DNA of 59,924 nucleotides from Girardia tigrina (Eukaryota), in NCBI GenBank assembly GCA_001938485.1, contig MQRK01206452.1:1-59924 (forward strand), read 5' to 3'. Of the stretch, positions 52,632-59,924 are shown piece by piece. The first letter of the stretch is position 1. Each line of letters starts with the position of its first letter. Made by a program: the position numbers and the translations under genes. The notes below the pieces were generated by a model. It was not told the DNA's origin. It searched no databases and saw nothing but the letters and a program-made list of their open reading frames with translations.

Positions 52632-52960
52632 TCAATATTTGTCAGGCTTTAGCGTAAAATCAATAACATAGGTGCACGTACTGATGGTCAATTCATTATA
52701 TATGATTATTTTAGCAATTTCGTCATACTTTGGACATGGATTGTCACCCACACACTTACAAATGTCTTCGTCTTCACATATTACTAGACATCGAGAGTAG
52801 AAATCGTTTTCCAGGCTTTCATTTCCTGATTGAAAGTGTGACACCTAATCTGTCAGAGTCGTTCCTTAAAGGATTTCATATCTTCCTAGTAGGTACAGAG
52901 ATGCCTTCAAACCACTTCGAAAACTGGAACACTCCATTTAAAGGAAAAAATAATCAATAG
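52632..52960 (-). mobile_element. Degenerate mariner N-terminal fragment
   Basis: HFQSGNESLENDFYSRC resembles the mariner F..G..SLED..RSGRP motif. Confidence 0.55.
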
Positions 52961-53149
52961 TGAAATCGAGTTTTAATTTAAATTTGCTTTTCATGAAGAC
53001 AAGAACAGCACAATTTTCGAAAATAATATCCAATTTATAGCAAATTAGTACGATTGCCCTTCTAATGATTTGTTATTAGAAGTTTCTAGAATTGCCCGGC
53101 AGAAATTTACTCATATCTTCACGGAACGGCACTCGATGAAATTTTAGTT

Positions 53150-53392
53150 AGGCATTGCATTTATGGCACGCAAGAACACTTCTTTGTAATGATATTGCAA
53201 GAACTGATAATGCCATTGGAGGACGACACAATTCATTCAGAAATATATTTGGTAATTTGAATCCAACACTTAAAAATTTTATGCAGAAAGTAAAATTCGA
53301 AGAAAGATCATGTTGTCGAAAATTCATAATGTTGACGAATAGTGAAACCATTAGGAGAAAAAATAATTATGTGATTTTTAACGAAATAATAA
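53150..53392 (+). mobile_element. MULE transposase C-terminal fragment
   Basis: RTDNAIGGRHNSF (RTNN.EG.HN motif). Confidence 0.55.
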
Positions 53393-53617
53393 CCCATTAA
53401 TGCCGAGAATTACGTAATATGAATTTTCCATGCCAAATGACTCTTTATGATGTTAATAAACAACTGAAACACTCAAAACGAAACAAAACAAGTTCCGTAT
53501 GGGTTCTGAACCTTCAGAGTACACACCGTATCAAGGAAACATAGCTAAATACAATGTCTTTACTTTTACAGCCATTTTTATTAGCTGGGCATGAATGTTC
53601 CGTTTGGCGTTAATGGG
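53393..53617. mobile_element. piggyBac MITE
   Basis: CCCATTAATGCC...GGCGTTAATGGG; flanks ATAA and TTAA. Confidence 0.8.
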
Positions 53618-53748
53618 TTAATAGCTTTTTTAATGGACCGAGCCAATAGAAATCCAGAAATATATATTTTGGAATCGACTGATTTTATTTATTATTAATG
53701 ATAAAAACCAGGTGAGGGAGAAAATAGTGTGTGAAGATCAAACACGGA

Positions 53749-54139
53749 AGTAGGGGGAATTGTATATTCTGTCCCAGTACCCACTCCCCGGGGGTGCGTC
53801 ACCCGTTGCCATGGCAACGGTACCATTTACCATAGCAAGGTCGCGGTTACCTATCGATTAGCATATCTGGGAACTGTGCAGTAATCGATTAGTACTTTTT
53901 TCTTCGGTTGCTATCGTTACCATGGTTACAACAGCCTTGACTCACTGTATCCCTTGTTAATGAAAAACGTACCTTGGTTACAGTTGCTATGGTAACTAAA
54001 ACCTTGGTTACCGTTACCAAGTGAACCGAAACTGTTACTAGGGTGATCGGGACCGTTGTTATGTTAACCGTTACAGTTGTCATGGCAACAGGTGACCCGC
54101 CACCGGGGGTTGTGGGGATAACATACATTTTCCCCTACT
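53749..54139. mobile_element. 391-bp non-autonomous Maverick/Polinton-derived element
   Basis: AGTAGGGG...CCCCTACT ends, ~70-bp imperfect TIRs, interior homologous to 4290-4560; empty site at 52011-52040. Confidence 0.8.
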
Positions 54140-54206
54140 GGAAGGGATATCTCTGGTAGAATGACTACGTGGAATGGAGTTCAAGTGGGTTGAGTTCAAT
54201 AAAGTT

Positions 54207-54381
54207 TCGACGTTTTTTTCGGTGTTTTAACGTGCCCCGATTTGGATGGTTGTCAAGGTGACTTTTATGGTTGCTAAGGAAATCAAAACCGTTGCTAGGG
54301 TAATAGGAACCAATCAGAACTGTTGCCATGCCAACTTTGACCGTTGCCGGGGGTATTACTGAACTCTCATTTGCCCCTACT
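54207..54381. mobile_element. Third Maverick-type terminal fragment
   Basis: CCGTTGCTAGGGTAAT..GAACCAATCAG motifs as in 4760-4795; ends CCCCTACT. Confidence 0.65.
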
Positions 54382-55325
54382 CATTGGCAGTAGCAATATT
54401 GCCAGACGAGTTCACTCTGCGCTAACAGTACCGTACAAGATCGATCAGTCTTGTTTCATTCAAATGATTTCTGGCACAAATATCTGATGATCAATCAACG
54501 GACTAAGAGACATCATAAAAACAGAGATGAGTCGATTATTGTCGTGTAGCAAGTGTCTTTCGATAGAGTGATAGGCGGCCGATTCGTGTTGCCAATGGTA
54601 ACATGGGTCAGTGTGTTGAGACAGCAAGAGACAACACGTGACACAGGACAATATCTCATAGATTGATCGATCGATTACAGTGTGTCGGTGTGAAGTGGAC
54701 AAAATATTTTTGTCAGAAATAACATACGTGAATTATAACAACAACAATTACAGGAACAAAAGATCAAAAGAAGACAATATAACATTGAGTCGTGTGTGGT
54801 TGTTGGAACGATAAATCAATTGTGACAACACCAGATATCGATTATTTATAATGATAACTGCACAGAATTTACAGAACGAGTCCCAGTGCGTGTGTTGGTT
54901 CATGACTGCAAGTATTGTGCGGGTGGCTGCAGCAACTTCACGTTCTCTTGGAAATTGCTGATGTATATTCGCATCGTTGAACTGCTCAATTTGGAACCCG
55001 TCAGAAGATAGTGGACGAGTTTCGTTACGGTTTGTAGATATTGATTGGCCTGGACGATCGGTTCATTGTTAACGAGAGCCAACATTTTCACGCATTCTAC
55101 ACACATGTTCTCCCGAAATGCCGTGATCAACGAGACCATATCGCCCAACTCTGTTACCTGTAACAAACAATTCGAATTACAAAAATTAAAAATTTTGAAT
55201 TTCATTGTTTCATTCCATTTGCTTTACATTAAAGACACGGGAAAGATACACTATTTTATACACTGCTGTTAAAGTTAAGCTAATATCTAAAAACATTTAT
55301 ATTGTTATAAAAAATTCAGGGTACT

Positions 55326-55734
55326 TATTAAGAACACTAACTTAATTTTCATTTATTGGTATGACAACTTGAATTGCCGCTAGGACAATTCACAACAAAA
55401 CATGCGACCTATTCATCGTTCTTGATTGATAAATTTATTAAATAATATTTCTACACGTCTTTTTCAAACAAAATTAAATTACAATTGTATTTACAATTCG
55501 ATTAGAAAATAATTTTTAATAAAAAATTACAAAAATAATTCTTATTTATTTTAAGAAAAATATTTTTAATATATTAAGTTAATTTTAAAGTTGGTTATTG
55601 AAATTTTAAAATTGAATAAATAATCTGACGTTTTAAACATTTAAAATATCAATCTTCCATCTGGGTGAGAGAAACACGATCCTAAAACATACTGAACAAC
55701 ATACCATAAACACCATTCAAAAATATTCCTCATA
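55326..55734 (-). mobile_element. Solo-LTR-like element (family L), divergent copy, with 5-bp TSD
   Basis: TATGAGGAATA...GTGTTCTTAATA; TSD GTACT at 55321-55325 and 55735-55739. Confidence 0.85.
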
Positions 55735-55740
55735 GTACTA

Positions 55741-56967
55741 TTAGGTTGGCCAAAAAGTCATTGCGTTTTTGAGTACGTCCTAATAAAAAGCTTGAAAGTA
55801 TAAAACGATGTGATAAAATTTAAATTCAATTATATATTCTGAAACCTTAATTTTCTGACTATGTTTATACAAAATATTAATTGATTTTGTTTTAATTTAT
55901 TACTTTACCGTCAATTCGAAATGGAAAATCAAAATGAGCATNTTCGTCATGTTTTGTTGCATTATTTTCGCAAAGGGAAAACCGCTGTGCAAGCTCATAA
56001 GAAGATATGTTTTGTATATGGTAGTGACTCCTTAAAACGTCGACAGTGTCAATACTGGTTTTCTAAATTTCGTTCTGAAAAAATTTATCTGAAAGATGCA
56101 CCACGCTCCGGTCGACCAGTTGAAGTTGATGGCGTCAAAATAACAGCACTGATCAAATCTAATCCACATATGACGACAAGTGAAGTTGCAGAGACTCTGG
56201 AAATATCAAAATCAAGTGTTGGAAGTCATTTAAAGAAACTTGGATTCGCCAGTAAACTCGATATGTGGTTACCACATGAACTGAAAGAAATTCATTTGGT
56301 NNNNNNNNNNNNNNNNNNNNNNNNNNNNNNNNNNNNNNNNNNNNNNNNNNNNNNNNNNNNNNNNNNNNNNNNNNNNNNNNNNNNNNNNNNNNNNNNNNNN
56401 NNNNNNNNNNNNNNNNNNNNNNNNNNNNNNNNNNNNNNNNNNNNNNNNNNNNNNNNNNNNNNNNNNNNNNNNNNNNNNNNNNNNNNNNNNNNNNNNNNNN
56501 NNNNNNNNNNNNNNNNNNNNNNNNNNNNNNNNNNNNNNNNNNNNNNNNNNNNNNNNNNNNNNNNNNNNNNNNNNNNNNNNNNNNNNNNNNNNNNNNNNNN
56601 NNNNNNNNNNNNNNNNNNNNNNNNNNNNNNNNNNNNNNNNNNNNNNNNNNNNNNNNNNNNNNNNNNNNNNNNNNNNNNNNNNNNNNNNNNNNNNNNNNNN
56701 NNNNNNNNNNNNNNNNNNNNNNNNNNNNNNNNNNNNNNNNNNNNNNNNNNNNNNNNNNNNNNNNNNNNNNNNNNNNNNNNNNNNNNNNNNNNNNNNNNNN
56801 NNNNNNNNNNNNNNNNNNNNNNGGAATAATGAAGCTACCGGAAAGGTGGAAGAAAGTGATTGAAAATAATGGACAGTATATCGTGTAAAAATATTTGTGC
56901 ATCCATGTCATTTTTTTGATAATAAATATTTTAGTAAAAAAACGCAATGACTTTTTGGCCAACCCAA
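55741..56967 (+). mobile_element. Mariner element with both TIRs (centre in N-gap)
   Basis: TTAGGTTGGCCAAAAAGTCATTGCG / CGCAATGACTTTTTGGCCAACCCAA with TA flanks; ORF from 55921 is essentially identical to 49765-50163. Confidence 0.95.
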
Positions 56968-57159
56968 TATTTATCAGAATTAATTATTATTGATTTCAGA
57001 TAATTATGAGGTTTTAATTTCAAATGTTGTATTTTTTGATTTAGACTTAAGATCTTTTATTTTGAAATGATTTTTATATTTTTGAAACATCGTTTTGTGT
57101 TATAATTTACGTTATTTTATGTTACATTAAATATATACAGATATATTGTTATGGATAAT

Positions 57160-57845
57160 GGTTAAGAGTACTGACACAATTATTATGAAAACATTCGTAT
57201 CATTAAAATTAGAGTCTCGGAAGATCCGTCGCCATTTTCCATCGTTCTAATTAGTGTTATTTCTGGATTTTTTAATAATGATTATTCGAAAAAATTTCCT
57301 CATTTTTCAATAACATTTAATATTTATTTAATCTTCAAATATTTAGATATTCGATTTATAATTAAACCATTTTGGGTTTTATAACTTATGTTATTTAAAT
57401 TTCATTTAAAATTCATTATGTAAAACTATTTTTAAAATACAATTATATTACGTTTGTATACAATACAAAACTTACGTAGTTTATGTTTTAATTTATTTGA
57501 AAAATATTTCATTTAAATTCTTAAAAGTTATTAAAACTAATGGTAAAATTATTTCAAACATCATAATTTTTATTTGATAAAAATACATTATGTAATTTTT
57601 AAAATAAACATTAATTTTTTAAAAATATTAAATTTAATAAGTTAAAATCGTTTACTGAAAATATTATTAAAATTCATAATTATCAAACTTTAATTAATTA
57701 GTACTTTAATTTAATATNATTAAATTAATTTCATTAGATTCAAATAATTAATCAAATAACATATCAATCCCATCTGAGTAGGAGAGTCACAAATCTAAAC
57801 AGAATACAAACAACAAACTTACAACATTCACAATTATCCCTCACA
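57160..57845 (-). mobile_element. Family L LTR-like element, divergent copy
   Basis: TGTGAGGGATA start, CTCTCCTACTCAGATGG box, AGAACGATG module; no TSD seen. Confidence 0.65.
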
Positions 57846-58029
57846 CATCTAAAATGTATTTAATTAATACGTTAAATATTTTTATTTAAATTTTGAAAAA
57901 GATTACTTATTTTTAAAATTTATCCTAACTTATTACTTCTTAAATTTAAAACTTATCGGATTATTCAATTTTCATTAATTTGAAATATGTAAATTCTGTT
58001 CGAATGATTACTTATATCAAATACAATAA

Positions 58030-58125
58030 AGCAAAAATTTCCGAAATGGGTGGGATAATCACAATTCCAATATCACACTCAAATGAACACACCACATTCA
58101 TACACAATTTAAAATATTCCTCACA
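58030..58125 (-). mobile_element. Family L 5' module only
   Basis: TGTGAGGAATATTTTAAAT...ATCCCACCCA hairpin. Confidence 0.6.
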
Positions 58126-58183
58126 TATATTGTACATGTTAAATTGCAATATTTAAACGCATAAGATAGAGTATACTCTAAAT

Positions 58184-58394
58184 CAGTGATTCCAACCTTT
58201 TTTTATTAATGTACCCCTCTACCTGATTGTTTACTTAGTGGGTACCCCTAACACACACATACACATATATATTTTTTTTGAGTTTTTAGGCTACATTTGA
58301 ATTGCATTTTCCGCCATGATACTTTTTTTGGGTACCCCTAATCAACCTTTCACGTACTCCTATGGGTATGCGTACCCCAGGTTTGGAACCACTG
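58184..58394. mobile_element. hAT/Charlie MITE
   Basis: CAGTGATTCCAACC...GGTTTGGAACCACTG; perfect 8-bp TSD CTCTAAAT. Confidence 0.9.
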
Positions 58395-59019
58395 CTCTAA
58401 ATAATATATATTCACAGCAAAATAAAAATAAATTGAACACATTATAGTACAAAATAACAGTTCGAAAATTGCTTAATCATTTCAAAAGAAAAAATATCAA
58501 TTTAAATTAAACACTATTTATCTTCAAAATTAAAATTATTTTGCAGCTTGATACTAAGTGTTGATTAGGTAAATAATTTTCATCACAACGAATTTTAGCA
58601 GAATGAAATTTAATTGGTACAACACTTATTTGGAGAATGATGTACTGGGAAATCCCGTTGAAATTTACAGTAAATTTTCACAATGACATCCTCAAATTTT
58701 GCATACAGAATTAAATATAATATTTTTACTAAATTTTTAATTACAAAAACTTTTAATAAGATAATTTGAATTATAGATAAATTTTTGACTAAGACGCTAC
58801 GTTATCAATGGACTCATAAATTTGTTTTTTATGTCAGTAAATAAACGAGTAAATAAACGGTTTTGAATGTCACTAAATAAACGAAAACAATTACGAACAA
58901 GTATTGCCAATAAACAAATGTAAATTTTTGTTTTGAAGGTTCGATTCGGGTAAAAGAAATTTAAATGGTTTTAATCAATCCAAATGCAATCTAGAACTAA
59001 AATAAATCTTCAAATACAA

Positions 59020-59924
59020 TTTCCATTATTCACAGTGCTTTAACTCTTGGAGGCACGGAGATTTTATGTTCACAAACGTTCTCTTGAAAAATTACGATCG
59101 CATTAAACGATATATAAATACTGACTACGTTGTAACAAAATGTGTCCTTGACAACCAACATTTACTTATCATAAAAGTGAAGTAGAGATCGTTAAAATGT
59201 CATAAATATGTGTATGGAGTTACAGTACAATTTCAGAATGGGTTCGGGAAGGAATCGTGTCAGTTGTAGCAAAAGCATTTTATATAAATACCTAGAAAAA
59301 GGAATTTAGAAAAGATTTAAAAAGTTAAAAGAATTAGGAAGTGGATGAAATAAATTGTATCAATTTGTCAGAACTATTCTATCGGGATCATAATCTCTGA
59401 AGGTCTGTGAAACATACTTTAGGAGAGAAAAAAATTGGTTTTCATTATTTTCATTGTAAATTTTTCAAAATAAAACTTCCACATCAAATCATTTCAATAA
59501 ATACTATCATTAATTTGCTACATTAAACCTTTTTAAAGTTCGTATACTATATTTTTATAAATCAATATAATGCAATTAACAGAAGTAGAGCTTAGGAACA
59601 TGTATCCACCAAGGAACCCATGGCCACAGGCAACGTTTCTTATACAGAATCGTCAATGGAGACGAGAAATGGTGTTTCTATGTGAATATGAAGCAAAGGA
59701 AAGAGTGGGTGAGTCTTGGAGAAAAGCCTAAGACCAGGATAAAGAAAGACCTGCACCCAATGAAGACAATGATTTGCGTATGGTGGGATTGGGAAGGTTT
59801 AATCGACTGGGAAATGCTTGGAAAGAACATGACAGTAGAAAAGAATCTCTATAAAGCCCAATTGCATCGAGTCAATGAGGCAATTCAACAAAAAAGACCG
59901 GATCGACAAGGCCAGGTGATCCTC
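59020..59924 (+). mobile_element. Degenerate mariner, runs off the window end
   Basis: RIVNGDEKWCFYVN...LHPMKTMICVWWD. Confidence 0.85.

Overview
AT-rich, transposon-dense eukaryotic genomic DNA with several assembly N-gaps. The ~50-nt minimal introns, mariner density and composition suggest a planarian-like flatworm; this is inference only. One host gene can be reconstructed by hand: a 13-exon Mediator subunit 1 (MED1) on the + strand, 7690-38312, about 1521 aa, with GT-AG introns and consistent phases. Almost everything else is mobile DNA: mariner/Tc1, pogo/Tigger, MULE, hAT, piggyBac and Helitron remnants, Gypsy fragments, Penelope-like elements carrying minimal hammerhead ribozymes, and the 3' end of a NeSL/Utopia-like RLE retroelement. 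Three observations stand out. (i) A Maverick/Polinton end (capsid C-terminus, adenain protease, exonuclease-like gene, TIR) whose genes appear to contain short spliceosomal introns. (ii) A 391-bp gene-less derivative of that Maverick family, with both TIRs and RFX X-box-like palindromes, inserted in a repeat whose empty copy is also in the window. (iii) Seven copies or fragments of a solo-LTR-like element with 5-bp TSDs and apparently covarying RNA helices. All homology calls come from motif recognition by eye; no searches were run.
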